Assembly: GCA_035292425.1 (NCBI GenBank)
Contig: DATDQD010000066.1
Location: forward strand, 1-39,535
Length of the DNA: 39,535 nt
Source of the DNA: Bacteroidota bacterium
Lineage (GTDB): Bacteria > Bacteroidota > Ignavibacteria > UBA10030 > SZUA-254
Direction: 5' to 3'
Shown here: positions 1 through 9,623 of the stretch, in pieces
Layout of the letters: each line of letters begins with the position of its first letter
Numbering within the stretch: position 1 is the stretch's first letter
Made by a program: the position numbers and the translations under genes
Notes under the pieces: model-generated
The model's input: the letters and a program-made list of their open reading frames with translations, nothing else
Told to the model about the DNA's origin: nothing
Database searches by the model: none

Positions 1-1850
1 GGCTCCTTGGCGATCAGCTTCACGATCATGGTGATCCCGCTCCCGACCGACACCGGCTCCGAGACCTGGCCGATGTCCATCCCCGCGAGCATCTTCGCCA
101 CGTCGTCCAGGTTCCCGGGCTGGGGATCGTTGAGGCCGCCCTTCGCCTTGAGCGAGTCGTCGTAGTTATGCACCCGGGCAAGGGCGTCGAAGTCGGCGCC
201 GCGGATGAGCGAATCGTAGATCGTGAGGGCGAGCGTGTCGCTGTCGAAATTCATCTCCGCGAACGTCACTTTCGCCGGGAACGCGAAGTCCGCCTTGTGC
301 TGGTCCCAGTAGGCCCTGAGCGCCGAGTCGGTGACCGTGACCCTGTTCCACACTTCGAGCTGCTCGGCCCTGTAGAGCACGATACCGTCCCGGTAATCCT
401 TCATCAGCGACCCGAAGGCCGGCGACCGCTGCTCGAGCCCCGCCGACTTCGCTTCGAGGAGGATCGCCTCCGAGATCTTCCGGAATTGCCTCTCCAGATC
501 GGACCTGCGCAGGAGCGTGTTCTGGAGTTCCGGCCGTTTCAGCAGCATGGTGAGGACCGTGTCCACGCCGTACACAACGCCGTTCGCCCTGATCAGGGGG
601 GCGAGACGGATCGATTCGGTGATGGTGGCGTCCCATCCGCTGTCCTGCGTCGTCGTGTTCGAATCGAGGACGCTCAACAGCGAGGAGATCGTCCCCTCCT
701 GGAACGAATAGTCGAACTCCTTCATCAGCCGGGCGACGTAGTCGTTGAAGTCGTCGGTGAAGCGGACCTGCTGGTACTGTCTCTTGAGCGGGTCGCCCTG
801 CTGGGCGCGCATCTCGGCGTAGGACGCAATCGGCCTGAGGCTGTCGCATTTGAGCAGGTGGTAGCCGTATGGGGTCTTCACGACCGGCGAAACCTCTCCC
901 GGCTTGAGGAGGAACGCGGCCTCGTCGAACTGCTGGACATAGCGTTTCCGTTCGAACCAGCCGAGGTCTCCCCCCCGGACGGCGCTGCCGGCGTCCTCGG
1001 ACACCGATTTCGCCAGCTCCGCGAAATCGATCCCCTTCGCCAGGCTGTCCTGCCACGCGCGGATCCTGCCGAGCGCGGCGGCGGTGTCGCCGGTATCGGC
1101 CGGGGCCTGCTTCACGAGGGCCATGAGATGCCGCACCTTGATCGAGCCGCGGACCGGCTGGCGGGCCGTGATTTTCAGGATGTGGTAGCCGAAGGACGTG
1201 CGGATCGGGGCGTTCGGGGTTTCGTTCACCTTCATCGCGTACGCCCCGTTCTCGAACGGCATCACCATCTGTCCGCCCGTGAAGAAATAGAGGTCTCCCC
1301 GGTTCGATTTCACCGTGGGGTCTTCCGAATCCGCCATCGCGAGGGAATCGAAATCGGCGCCGGCCTTCAGCCTGCCGATCAGGTCCATCACTTTAGTGTA
1401 CGCCTTGAGCGTTTCGGCGGGAGAAGCTTCGGGTTTCACCGCGACGAGGATGTGCTTTCCGCGGATCTCCTCGGTCTTGCGGTCGTAGAGAAGCCTTATC
1501 CCCGGCTCCGTGATTTCTTTTTCGATAATGTAGGTGGTCGCGAGGCTCGCGCGGTAGTCGCGCAGTTCGGTTTGCACCTCTGGGTCGGCGGCGAGGTTCC
1601 TGTCGGCGGCGTCCTGGAGCTTCAGTTTGTAGCGCGTCAGGAGGTCGAGGAAGCGTTCGCGTTCGGCGATCGGCGTCAGGGAGAGCGTATCCCCGGTCCC
1701 GCTGTTCCTGGCATAGAAATCCTCGAACTCCTCCAGGGTGACCTTTGAAGGCCCGACCTCGAGGACGACCGATTCGCCGGCTTTCGGAGAACAGGCCGCG
1801 AAGAGGAATGCAGACAGAAATGCCGCGACCAGTGCGGATTTTACAACCAT
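1..1850 (-). CDS. SurA/PpiD-like peptidyl-prolyl isomerase lipoprotein with two parvulin domains (3' end beyond window start)
   Basis: Absent from the ORF track because it has no stop inside the window. Hand translation of the minus strand from ATG 1850..1848 gives MVVKSALVAAFLSAFLFAACSPK... (signal peptide plus lipobox) and stays open to nt 1. Two parvulin blocks are present: GKHILV...SFGYHILKI and VRHLMALV...GGDLGWFERKRYVQQFDEAAF...TPYGYHLLKC. ORFs 168..1748(+) and 166..1056(-) are shadow frames. Confidence 0.8.
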   Translation of the reverse strand, partial: MVVKSALVAAFLSAFLFAACSPKAGESVVLEVGPSKVTLEEFEDFYARNSGTGDTLSLTPIAERERFLDLLTRYKLKLQDAADRNLAADPEVQTELRDYRASLATTYIIEKEITEPGIRLLYDRKTEEIRGKHILVAVKPEASPAETLKAYTKVMDLIGRLKAGADFDSLAMADSEDPTVKSNRGDLYFFTGGQMVMPFENGAYAMKVNETPNAPIRTSFGYHILKITARQPVRGSIKVRHLMALVKQAPADTGDTAAALGRIRAWQDSLAKGIDFAELAKSVSEDAGSAVRGGDLGWFERKRYVQQFDEAAFLLKPGEVSPVVKTPYGYHLLKCDSLRPIASYAEMRAQQGDPLKRQYQQVRFTDDFNDYVARLMKEFDYSFQEGTISSLLSVLDSNTTTQDSGWDATITESIRLAPLIRANGVVYGVDTVLTMLLKRPELQNTLLRRSDLERQFRKISEAILLEAKSAGLEQRSPAFGSLMKDYRDGIVLYRAEQLEVWNRVTVTDSALRAYWDQHKADFAFPAKVTFAEMNFDSDTLALTIYDSLIRGADFDALARVHNYDDSLKAKGGLNDPQPGNLDDVAKMLAGMDIGQVSEPVSVGSGITMIVKLIAKE

Positions 1851-2019
1851 GCGTGAAATTCCTTTCGTTTTACGGAGTAGGGGGTGAAATGTCCGGAAAT
1901 AGAAACAAATAATACCAAAATATTGGAAAAAATACAAGATTTCGGGTTTGACGGTCTCTGAACGGAATCACAGGATCGCGCGATATCGACCGGTTGGAGG
2001 GCTGGGCGTCGGGCGCACG

Positions 2020-2051
2020 AAAAAAAGGCGGCCGCGCTGGATGCGGCCGCC
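2020..2051 (-). terminator. Rho-independent terminator after the lipoprotein gene
   Basis: On the minus strand: 9-bp GC stem ggcggccgc (2051..2043), 7-nt loop, gcggccgcc (2035..2027), then T7 (2026..2020). It starts 24 nt after the stop at 2075. Confidence 0.6.
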
Positions 2052-2074
2052 CGTCGTCCGGGGAAAAATTCAGA

Positions 2075-2779
2075 TCAGTGACACGGCTCTGCGGACCACG
2101 TCCCGCCCGGATCGCCCGCATACTCGCCGCTGGCCGTGTTGCTTACGGTGTTCAACATACCCGTCGCAATGACGAGGGAGGGAGCATCAGGGTTGAAAAT
2201 CGTGATCACGTTTTCCGCGTTGATGGTGCCGGCCGCCATGAACGCCTGATCGGGCGCGCCGTCGGGATAGACGAGTACCACGATCGACGTCCCGCTGATC
2301 GTCATATTGAGATACCCCGCCTCGGTCCCCGGGGCGGCATCCTGGTACCTTCCGCAATAGGTCCTGACGTCCGCGGCGTTTCCTTCATCACAGTTGAAGA
2401 TGCCCCCGCCGCCGGGATAGGTGAAGGTGCCGGTGATCGTACCCGCGCTGAAGACGCCCTCGAAGGCATAACCTCCCCCTGCGAGATACAATTCGCCCGT
2501 GGCGACGATGAAGTATCCGGTGAGCGGTATCGCGGCCCCGCCGTTGATTTTCAGCGTCGCGGTGACCTCGAGCGTATCGCCCGCCTCATTGGTCGCCGGA
2601 TAGGCGCGCTTGCCCGTGGTGATGCTGATCGTGAGCGTCCCGGAGACGCCGGTGCCGGCCATGACCCCGACATAGTTTGTGGTGGTCGCGCCTGCGGCGG
2701 CCGGGTTATTCTCATCCTTGCAGGCTCCAAGGACGAAGGCGAAAACCGCCGGGACCAAGAACATGGATGTCCATCTCAT
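2075..2779 (-). CDS. Hypothetical secreted lipoprotein (Gly/Thr-rich)
   Basis: 234-aa ORF. N-terminus MRWTSMFLVPAVFAFVLGAC has a signal peptide and lipobox. No recognisable catalytic motif. Followed by a terminator. Confidence 0.65.
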   Translation of the reverse strand: MRWTSMFLVPAVFAFVLGACKDENNPAAAGATTTNYVGVMAGTGVSGTLTISITTGKRAYPATNEAGDTLEVTATLKINGGAAIPLTGYFIVATGELYLAGGGYAFEGVFSAGTITGTFTYPGGGGIFNCDEGNAADVRTYCGRYQDAAPGTEAGYLNMTISGTSIVVLVYPDGAPDQAFMAAGTINAENVITIFNPDAPSLVIATGMLNTVSNTASGEYAGDPGGTWSAEPCH

Positions 2780-2953
2780 GGATGACCCTTCCGCTGATGA
2801 TGAATGAATGACCGATGGCGTTGAATTTACGATTACTCTAAGGAGTTGTCAAGAGTAGTCGTTATTCCCGTCATACCGTCCTCCCCGCCATTCTTGATTG
2901 AATCTCCCATTTTGGGTATATTTTCACAATCATCACCCCAGGAAAGCGCTCCA

Positions 2954-3787
2954 TTGAGGAAATTCTTCAATTTTGTCAGGTTCGAGCATACCCTTTTTAC
3001 CCTCCCGCTCATTTATTCGGGGGTCATTCTCGGGCTGAACGGACCCCCGGAGCCATCCCTGCTGGTTCTGGTGCTCCTGGCCGCAGTCGGGGCCCGCACC
3101 GCGGCGTTCGCGCTGAACAGAATCGTGGACAGGAAGATCGACGCCCGGAACCCCCGCACCGCGGGCCGGGAACTGCCGAGCGGCAGGATGTCGCTCGGGG
3201 AGGCGCTCCTGGTGCTGGGGCTCGGCTGCGCGATCTATTTCGCATCAGCGGCGGCGATCTCGCTGTTCTGCCTCGTCCTCTCCCCGATTCCCCTGGTCGT
3301 GTTCGTGGTCTATCCCTACATGAAGCGCTTTACGATACTCGCGCATTTCGGCGTCGGGATCGGGATGTCGATGGCGCCCCTCGGCGGGTACTTCGCGGCG
3401 GCGCAGTCGTTCGACAACATCATGCCCGCCGTCTGGCTCTGCCTTTTCACGGCCTTCTGGGGCGCGGGGTTCGACATCATCTACGCCACCCTCGACGAGG
3501 AGTTCGACAGGCGGTTCAACCTGAGGTCCTTCGTTTCACGTTTCGGTAGAGAGAAGGCGCTCGGGTGGTCGGCGGCGTTCCACATCGCCGCGTTCGTTTT
3601 TCTTTCGATGCTTTTCGCCACGACCATCCGCTCGTGGTACGCCTCGCCCTTCCTCGCCCTCACCGGCGTCCTGCTCTGGATCGAACAGCAGAGGGCGGCG
3701 GACGTCGAGCTGGCGTTCTTCAGGATCAACGCCTGGCTCGGGTTCGTCGTCTTCGGGATGATCATCACCGGGACGGTGATCCCTTGA
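2954..3787 (+). CDS. UbiA-family aromatic prenyltransferase (MqnP-like, menaquinone prenylation)
   Basis: Multi-TM protein with the UbiA-type Asp-rich motif region NRIVDRKIDARNPRT and a second motif DIIYATLDEEFD. The ORF opens at TTG 2846, but TTG 2954 (MRKFFNFVRFEH...) sits 7 nt after GGAAAG. The TTG at 2846 abuts AAGGAG with no spacer. Stop overlaps the ubiX start. Confidence 0.8.
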   Translation: MRKFFNFVRFEHTLFTLPLIYSGVILGLNGPPEPSLLVLVLLAAVGARTAAFALNRIVDRKIDARNPRTAGRELPSGRMSLGEALLVLGLGCAIYFASAAAISLFCLVLSPIPLVVFVVYPYMKRFTILAHFGVGIGMSMAPLGGYFAAAQSFDNIMPAVWLCLFTAFWGAGFDIIYATLDEEFDRRFNLRSFVSRFGREKALGWSAAFHIAAFVFLSMLFATTIRSWYASPFLALTGVLLWIEQQRAADVELAFFRINAWLGFVVFGMIITGTVIP

Positions 3788-4335
3788 GGATCGTTCTCGG
3801 CATCACCGGATCGTCGGGGGCGGTCTACGCGCAGGATTTCCTGAAGCGCTGTCCCGGCGACAAGTTTTTGATTGTGAGCAAGTGGGGGAAGGCTTTATTG
3901 AAAGACGAGCTGAAGATCACCGAAAGGGACCTCCAGCCGTTTATCAAAAAACAATTCGCCAACGACGACCTGACCGCCCCCCTCGCCTCGGGCACGAACA
4001 GGTTCGATGCCTTTGTGATTCTCCCCTGCTCGACCTCGACCCTCGGCAAAATCGCCTCCGGCATCGGGGATTCGCTCATCACCAGGACCGCCGCGGTGGC
4101 GCTCAAGGAGCGGTACAAGCTCGTCCTCTGCATCCGCGAAACTCCCCTTTCCACCATCTCCCTTGAGCAGTGCTCCGCCCTCTCGCGCTCCGGCGTCATC
4201 ATCATGCCCGTCTCCCCCCCGCTCTATTATAAGCCGGACTCCGTCCGGGAGTACGTTGAAGGGTTCGTCGACAGGGTCCTTCACGTGATCGGCGCCGGCA
4301 AAGGCAAGGGCTGGCGCTCCGAAGAGCTGGAGTAA
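3784..4335 (+). CDS. ubiX: UbiX-family flavin prenyltransferase
   Basis: TTG start at 3784 overlaps the upstream TGA (3785..3787). MRIVLGITGSSGAVYAQDFL... is the typical UbiX/Pad1 flavoprotein N-terminus. About 183 aa, the usual length. Confidence 0.85.
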   Translation: MRIVLGITGSSGAVYAQDFLKRCPGDKFLIVSKWGKALLKDELKITERDLQPFIKKQFANDDLTAPLASGTNRFDAFVILPCSTSTLGKIASGIGDSLITRTAAVALKERYKLVLCIRETPLSTISLEQCSALSRSGVIIMPVSPPLYYKPDSVREYVEGFVDRVLHVIGAGKGKGWRSEELE

Positions 4336-4340
4336 CGGGC

Positions 4341-6110
4341 ATGGCGCTGGGAGAATTCCTGCGGCTCCTCGAGTCGAAAGGCCAGCTCCACCGCACCGCC
4401 ATTGACATAGACCCGGAGCTGGAGCTCACCGAAATCTCCACCCGGGCCCTGAAGGAAGGCAAACCCGCGCTCCTGGTCGAGCGTCCCGCCGGCTCTGGCT
4501 TTCCCCTCGCCGTCAACCATTTTTCCAACGAGGAACGGATCCGCCTCGCTCTCGGCGAGGACCCGGACCTCCTCGGCGAAGCGCTCATCCGTTTCGCGGA
4601 ACGGATTTTCCCCCCGTCTTTCAAAAGCGTCCGCGAACAGTGGACGATGGTCCGACGGGCGCTGAACGCCAGGCCGGAGGCAGCCGCCGGACCCGCGCTC
4701 AGTCAGCAGAACGTCGTCGCCCCCGACCTCGGCATCCTTCCGATCCAGAAGTGCTGGCCCGGCGACGGCGGAAAATTCATCACGTACGGTCAGGTCCACA
4801 CCGCCGACCCGGAAAACGGGAAGAGAAACATCGGTATATACCGAATGCACGTCTTCGACGGCGCCACGACGGGGATGCACTGGCAGATCCAGAAGGGCGG
4901 CGGTTTTCATTATTTCAAAAGCGAAAAGGCGGGGCGCGACCTCGAGGTCGCCGTCGCCCTGGGCACCGACCCGGCGCTCCTCTTCGCCGCGATCGCCGCT
5001 CTCCCCGAGGGGATCGACGAGGCGATGTTCGCAGGGTTCCTGATGAACCGCAGGATAGGGTTTACGCGGGGGAAGACCATCGGCCTCCCGGTGCCGGCGT
5101 CCGCCGAGTTCATACTGGAAGGCGTGGTGCCCGCCCGTGAACGGAGGTTGGAGGGCCCCTTCGGCGACCACTTCGGGCATTACTCGGCTGCGGCGGAATT
5201 CCCGGTGTTTCATTTGAAAACGATCACGCACCGCAACGACCCGGTCTATCCCGCGATCGTGGTGGGGAAACCTCCGATGGAAGACAAGTTCCTCGGCGAC
5301 GCGACGCAGAAGATCCTCGGTCCGCTGATAAAACTCATTCACAAGGAAGTCGCCGGGCTCTGGGCGTACTACGAGGCGGGCTTTCATAACCTGCTCGTCG
5401 TCGCGATCGAACAGCGCTATCAAAAGGAGGCCCTCAAGGCGGCGCTCGGCATCATGGGCACCGACCAGCTCTCGCTCACGAAGTGCATCGTCACGGTTTC
5501 GGCCGGCGTCGACCCGCGCGACTGGGACGCCGTGCTCCGGGAGGTCCGCGATCACTTCGACGCGCACCACGATTTCGTGATGATCCCGAAGGTCCCGCTC
5601 GACACGCTCGACTTCACCAGCTTCAGAATGAACCTGGGGAGCAAGATGGTGATCGACGCGACGCGCAAGCCGGGAAGGGGCGCCGGCGATCCGATGGATT
5701 CATCGCGCGCAGACGCCATCGTCCGCAACGCCCGGTCGGCCGATTCGCGCATCCTCGGCGCCGCATTCCCCCAGGGGACGATGCTCCTCGTCAGGGTCTC
5801 ATCCGGCGGACGGGAGATCACCGAAAAAATGGTGAAGGATCCGCGGTTCGCGTCGGTTCCCGTGGTCGCCGTGGTCAGCGACGACGTGGACATTCACGAC
5901 CGGGAGAGTTATATTTGGGGAGTTTTCACGCGCTTCGACTGCGAAAGGGACGTCGTTTTCACGGAAAACCGCCTCATCGGCATCTCGCCGGTCTATAAAG
6001 GGGCGATGGGAATCGACGCCACCTGGAAACAGGGGTACCCCGGGCCCCTGGTGATGGACGACGAGGTCGTCCGGCGGGTGGACGAAAAGTGGGGAAAAAT
6101 CTGGAAGTAG
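4341..6110 (+). CDS. ubiD: UbiD-family (prenylated-FMN dependent) decarboxylase, menaquinone-associated
   Basis: 589-aa ORF with UbiD-like blocks (NIGIYRMHV, WQIQKGGGFHY, EGPFGDHFGHY). Sits directly after ubiX in the mqn cluster. Confidence 0.88.
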   Translation: MALGEFLRLLESKGQLHRTAIDIDPELELTEISTRALKEGKPALLVERPAGSGFPLAVNHFSNEERIRLALGEDPDLLGEALIRFAERIFPPSFKSVREQWTMVRRALNARPEAAAGPALSQQNVVAPDLGILPIQKCWPGDGGKFITYGQVHTADPENGKRNIGIYRMHVFDGATTGMHWQIQKGGGFHYFKSEKAGRDLEVAVALGTDPALLFAAIAALPEGIDEAMFAGFLMNRRIGFTRGKTIGLPVPASAEFILEGVVPARERRLEGPFGDHFGHYSAAAEFPVFHLKTITHRNDPVYPAIVVGKPPMEDKFLGDATQKILGPLIKLIHKEVAGLWAYYEAGFHNLLVVAIEQRYQKEALKAALGIMGTDQLSLTKCIVTVSAGVDPRDWDAVLREVRDHFDAHHDFVMIPKVPLDTLDFTSFRMNLGSKMVIDATRKPGRGAGDPMDSSRADAIVRNARSADSRILGAAFPQGTMLLVRVSSGGREITEKMVKDPRFASVPVVAVVSDDVDIHDRESYIWGVFTRFDCERDVVFTENRLIGISPVYKGAMGIDATWKQGYPGPLVMDDEVVRRVDEKWGKIWK

Positions 6111-6116
6111 GAATGT

Positions 6117-7979
6117 ATGACTTTTAACTTCCGCGACACGTCGCTCATCCCGGTTTGGGAGAAAGTGCAGAAGAGGGAACGCCTCTCGATGGCCGACGGC
6201 CTGGCGCTCTACGCAACGCCCGACCTGATCTCGCTCGGCAAGATGGCGAACTTCGTCCAGCAGCAGAAAAGCGGAGACGCCGTCTACTTCGTGCTCAATC
6301 AAAAAATCGAGCACACCAACATCTGCGTCCTGTCGTGCAAGTTCTGCGACTTCGCCGTGAAGAAGGGCGACCCCGAAGCCTACGAGATGACCACCGGGGA
6401 TATTCTCTCCACGCTCACGCCCGATATCACCGAGGTGCACATCACCGGCGGCATGCCGGCCGACTGGCCCTGGGAGCGGTACCTCGACATCGTCCGCACC
6501 ATCTGCAGGAAATATCCGAACATCGACGTCAAGGCGTTCACCGCCGTGGAGATCGACTTCTTCCACAAGAAATTCAAAATGCCGGTCGGGGAGGTCCTGC
6601 GGCAGCTGAAAGAGGCGGGGCTGAAAACAATGCCGGGCGGCGGGGCGGAGGTTTTCTCCGAGCGCGTGCGCCGTCTGCTTTTTAATCAGAAAATCGGAGC
6701 GAAGGGATGGTTCGGCGTGCACAAGGCGGCGCACCGGTTGGGCATTCCGACCAACAGCACGCTCCTCTACGGGCACATCGAGACGCTCGGGGAACGGCTC
6801 GACCACATGATCCAGCTGCGCGAGGCCCAGGACGAGACCGGCGGGTTTCTCACCTTTATCCCCCTCGCATTCCAGCCGGGTGATACCGGCATCAAACCGC
6901 GCGATCGGTTCACGTCGGCGATCGACGACCTGAAGACGATCGCGATTTCGCGGCTGATGCTCGACAACTTCCCGCATATCAAGGCCTACTGGGTGATGCT
7001 CACCGAAGAGGTCGCCTCCGTCGCGCTCAACTTCGGCGCCGACGACATGGACGGCACGGTGGGACAGGAGCGGATCGCCCATGACGCGGGAGCCACCAGC
7101 CCGATGAAGCTGGCGAAGGACCGGATCATTCGATTGATAAAGGACGCGGGAAAGATCCCCGTCGAGCGGGACGTCTATTATAACCCCCTGAAGGTGCACG
7201 CGGATAACGTCATCGGAAAGATTCCCTACCTCAATTCTTTGCCGTTCCACAGTGATTTCGAGAAGGGCCCCTTTAAAATCCTTCCGATCGTCCCGCGCAG
7301 GATGGGGTTGCTGGCGGCCGACGGCCAGCTGGTGGCGGGGCTCTTTTCCCTGATGGATTACTACCGGAACGAATCGACGCTCGAGCTCCTGGACTGGTGC
7401 ATCGCCACTCGCGACCAGGTGAAGAGCGTGATGCTCTTCTCGAACCACGGCTGGGCCGACCTGGACGGGAAGCGCATCGGCGTCACCGACGAGACGGCGA
7501 CATCCATCGGGCTCCTGCGCCTCCTGCTCCGGAAGAAGTACAACGTGAAGGCGGAGTTCGTCCGGCTGCACGCGGGCGTGAACAGCTACGCCGACTTCGA
7601 CGCCGTACTGTTGATCGGCGACCAGGCGCTCTACCACAACAGGCACGGACTCGCGGGCTTCGAGCTGGTTTACGACCTGGCGGCCGAGTGGTACGACTGG
7701 AAGAAGATGCCGTTCGTCTTCGCGGTGTGGGCGGTGAAGAAAGATCTCCCCCGGGAAACGAAGAATGCGCTCTGCGCGACGATCGCGGAATCGCTCCGCA
7801 GGACGGAGGGACGTTACCGGGCGATCGGCGAACTCCACGGCAAAATGTTGCGCCTCGCACCCGCGGACGTGGAAGAATACCTCGAGGGTTTCAACTATAC
7901 GCTGGGCGACAGGGAAAAGGAAGCGATGATGGAATTCAGAAAACTCACGGCCGAAGTGAACCCGGGGGTGACGATATGA
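6117..7979 (+). CDS. Fusion protein: radical-SAM futalosine-pathway enzyme (MqnE-like, tentative) plus C-terminal MqnA-like chorismate dehydratase domain
   Basis: N-terminal about 360 aa: CX3CX2C radical-SAM motif HTNICVLSCKFCDF, then GGGAEVF and LYGHIET blocks of the MqnC/MqnE/CofH family. From about aa 365 (nt ~7209): IGKIPYLNSLPFH... and FVFAVWAV, typical of the MqnA/MqnD (VitK2 biosynthesis) periplasmic-binding-like fold. Confidence 0.8.
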   Translation: MTFNFRDTSLIPVWEKVQKRERLSMADGLALYATPDLISLGKMANFVQQQKSGDAVYFVLNQKIEHTNICVLSCKFCDFAVKKGDPEAYEMTTGDILSTLTPDITEVHITGGMPADWPWERYLDIVRTICRKYPNIDVKAFTAVEIDFFHKKFKMPVGEVLRQLKEAGLKTMPGGGAEVFSERVRRLLFNQKIGAKGWFGVHKAAHRLGIPTNSTLLYGHIETLGERLDHMIQLREAQDETGGFLTFIPLAFQPGDTGIKPRDRFTSAIDDLKTIAISRLMLDNFPHIKAYWVMLTEEVASVALNFGADDMDGTVGQERIAHDAGATSPMKLAKDRIIRLIKDAGKIPVERDVYYNPLKVHADNVIGKIPYLNSLPFHSDFEKGPFKILPIVPRRMGLLAADGQLVAGLFSLMDYYRNESTLELLDWCIATRDQVKSVMLFSNHGWADLDGKRIGVTDETATSIGLLRLLLRKKYNVKAEFVRLHAGVNSYADFDAVLLIGDQALYHNRHGLAGFELVYDLAAEWYDWKKMPFVFAVWAVKKDLPRETKNALCATIAESLRRTEGRYRAIGELHGKMLRLAPADVEEYLEGFNYTLGDREKEAMMEFRKLTAEVNPGVTI

Positions 7980-9073
7980 TCCAGCTCCCGGCGCTGTGCG
8001 ACAAAGCCCGCAACGGCGGGCGGCTCGCACCGGAGGAGGGTGTGCTTCTCCTGAAACACGCCGAACTGCTGGAACTGGGCGACCTGGCGAACGGCGTCCG
8101 GGCCCGGAAAAACCCCGGGCCGAAGGTGACGTTCGTGGTGGACACCAACCCGAATTATACGAACGTCTGCAACATCGATTGCATTTTCTGCGCCTTCTAC
8201 CGGCACCCGGGGGAAGAGGGCGAATACACGTACAGCGTCGATCACATGATCGGCGAATTCAGGCGGGCGGCCGCAAGCGGCGTCACCACCGTCCTCCTCC
8301 AGGGCGGCGTCAACCCGGCCCTGTCATTTTCGTACTATCTCGATATGGTGCGGCGCACAATCGCCGAGGTCCCGGAAATCCATCCCCATTTTTTCTCAAC
8401 ATCCGAAATCATCGGCATGGCCGGCGTCTCGGGGCTCACGGTACCGGAAGTCCTCAGGCAGTTGTGGGACGCGGGCTTGCGCACGATCCCCGGCGGCGGC
8501 GCAGAGATCCTCAACGACAGGGTGAAGAAGAAAATCAGCCATTTGAAGGGCAGTTCCGACGACTGGATGATGGTGATGCGCGAGGCGCACAGGATCGGCT
8601 ACAGAACCACCGCGACGATGATGTACGGGCACCTCGAGACCGACGAAGAGATCGTCGAACACCTCGAGCGGATACGACGCCTGCAGGACGAGACAGGCGG
8701 GTTCACGGCGTTCATCCCCTGGAGCTTCAAGCCGGGGAACACGCCGCTCGAGAAGATCATCCCCCACTACGCCACGCCGGTGCGCTACCTCCAGGTGCTT
8801 GCCGTTTCACGGATCTATCTCGACAATTTCGACCACATCCAGGCGTCGTGGTTCTCGGAGGGGAAGAAGACGGGCCAGATCGCGCTCCACTTCGGGGCGG
8901 ACGATTTCGGGGGGACGTTGTTCGAAGAGAACGTGCATGCGGCAGCCAACTTCGTCAACAGGAGCAGCGCCGACGAGGTCGTGAACCTCATTCGCGATTC
9001 GGGCTTCATTCCCGCCCAGCGGGACACCCTTTATAATATTCTCAGAGTGTTCGATCCCGCGGCGGCGGCGTAA
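7976..9073 (+). CDS. mqnC: Radical-SAM futalosine-pathway enzyme (MqnC-like cyclic dehypoxanthine futalosine synthase, tentative)
   Basis: ATG 7976 overlaps the upstream TGA (ATGA). Motif YTNVCNIDCIFCAFYR (CX3CX2C), plus GGGAEIL, MMYGHLET and FIPWSF blocks. The 5' extension of ORF 7397..9073 overlaps the preceding gene and is Arg/Gly junk. Confidence 0.8.
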   Translation: MIQLPALCDKARNGGRLAPEEGVLLLKHAELLELGDLANGVRARKNPGPKVTFVVDTNPNYTNVCNIDCIFCAFYRHPGEEGEYTYSVDHMIGEFRRAAASGVTTVLLQGGVNPALSFSYYLDMVRRTIAEVPEIHPHFFSTSEIIGMAGVSGLTVPEVLRQLWDAGLRTIPGGGAEILNDRVKKKISHLKGSSDDWMMVMREAHRIGYRTTATMMYGHLETDEEIVEHLERIRRLQDETGGFTAFIPWSFKPGNTPLEKIIPHYATPVRYLQVLAVSRIYLDNFDHIQASWFSEGKKTGQIALHFGADDFGGTLFEENVHAAANFVNRSSADEVVNLIRDSGFIPAQRDTLYNILRVFDPAAAA

Positions 9074-9623
9074 GCGCTTGCGGCTTTATCCCCCTGTACT
9101 CACCCGCCAGATCACGGTCGAGGGTCTTCCCCAGCGATCGCAGCCATTTCTCCAGGTAGGCATCATCCGTTCGAGGCGAGCGGGCGAGGATACCCCGGAC
9201 GTCTTCCAGGTCCCGCGGACGACCTGCGACGAGTTTATGGATGATGAGATCTTCGACCGAAACGAATCTCACCATCCTCTCGCCGAGGGGAACTGAAATG
9301 GCGCGTCGGAGGGCTTCCCGCTCATATTCGGAGAACGAGAAGATGAGGTCTACCCTGATGCCGCTCGCCTTCTCCACCAGCGGGAGAACGTGCGTTTCGA
9401 AGGTAAACCGTTCGATGTCGGATGCGGCCACGTCCAGGCCGGAGCCATCCAGGGACCTGAGGACGTCTTCCAACTTGTCAATGTCATTTCCGAGTGTGAT
9501 GTCGATGTCACGCGTGAGCCTCGGTTCGCCGTGATACAGGACGGCCTGTCCGCCGATCACCATGTACGGGATCGAAGCCCTGTCCAGGAGGGATGCGAGT
9601 TTAACGAGGAGGGTTTGAAACAT
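9042..9623 (-). CDS. Nucleotidyltransferase-fold protein (AbiEii/DUF6036-like motif)
   Basis: Internal ATG 9623 gives MFQTLLVKLASLLDRASIPYMVIGGQAVLYHGEPRLTRDIDITL, that is the GGxA..G..R.T.DID NTase signature. Its 3' end overlaps the convergent mqnC-like 3' end by 32 nt. Confidence 0.6.
   Translation of the reverse strand: MFQTLLVKLASLLDRASIPYMVIGGQAVLYHGEPRLTRDIDITLGNDIDKLEDVLRSLDGSGLDVAASDIERFTFETHVLPLVEKASGIRVDLIFSFSEYEREALRRAISVPLGERMVRFVSVEDLIIHKLVAGRPRDLEDVRGILARSPRTDDAYLEKWLRSLGKTLDRDLAGEYRGIKPQALTPPPRDRTL

Noticed and set aside
168-1748. 526-aa plus-strand ORF (and 296-aa minus ORF 166..1056) covering the left end
   Set aside because: Arg/Glu/Val/Gly-rich with no motifs. It lies antisense or out of frame to a clean parvulin PPIase reading frame that is open from 1850 to nt 1. 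These are typical high-G+C shadow ORFs.
5799-8030. 743-aa minus-strand ORF antisense to the mqn radical-SAM genes (also 4281..5570 antisense to UbiD)
   Set aside because: No recognisable domains and Arg/His/Val-rich shadow composition. The plus-strand frames carry unambiguous UbiD, radical-SAM and MqnA motifs.
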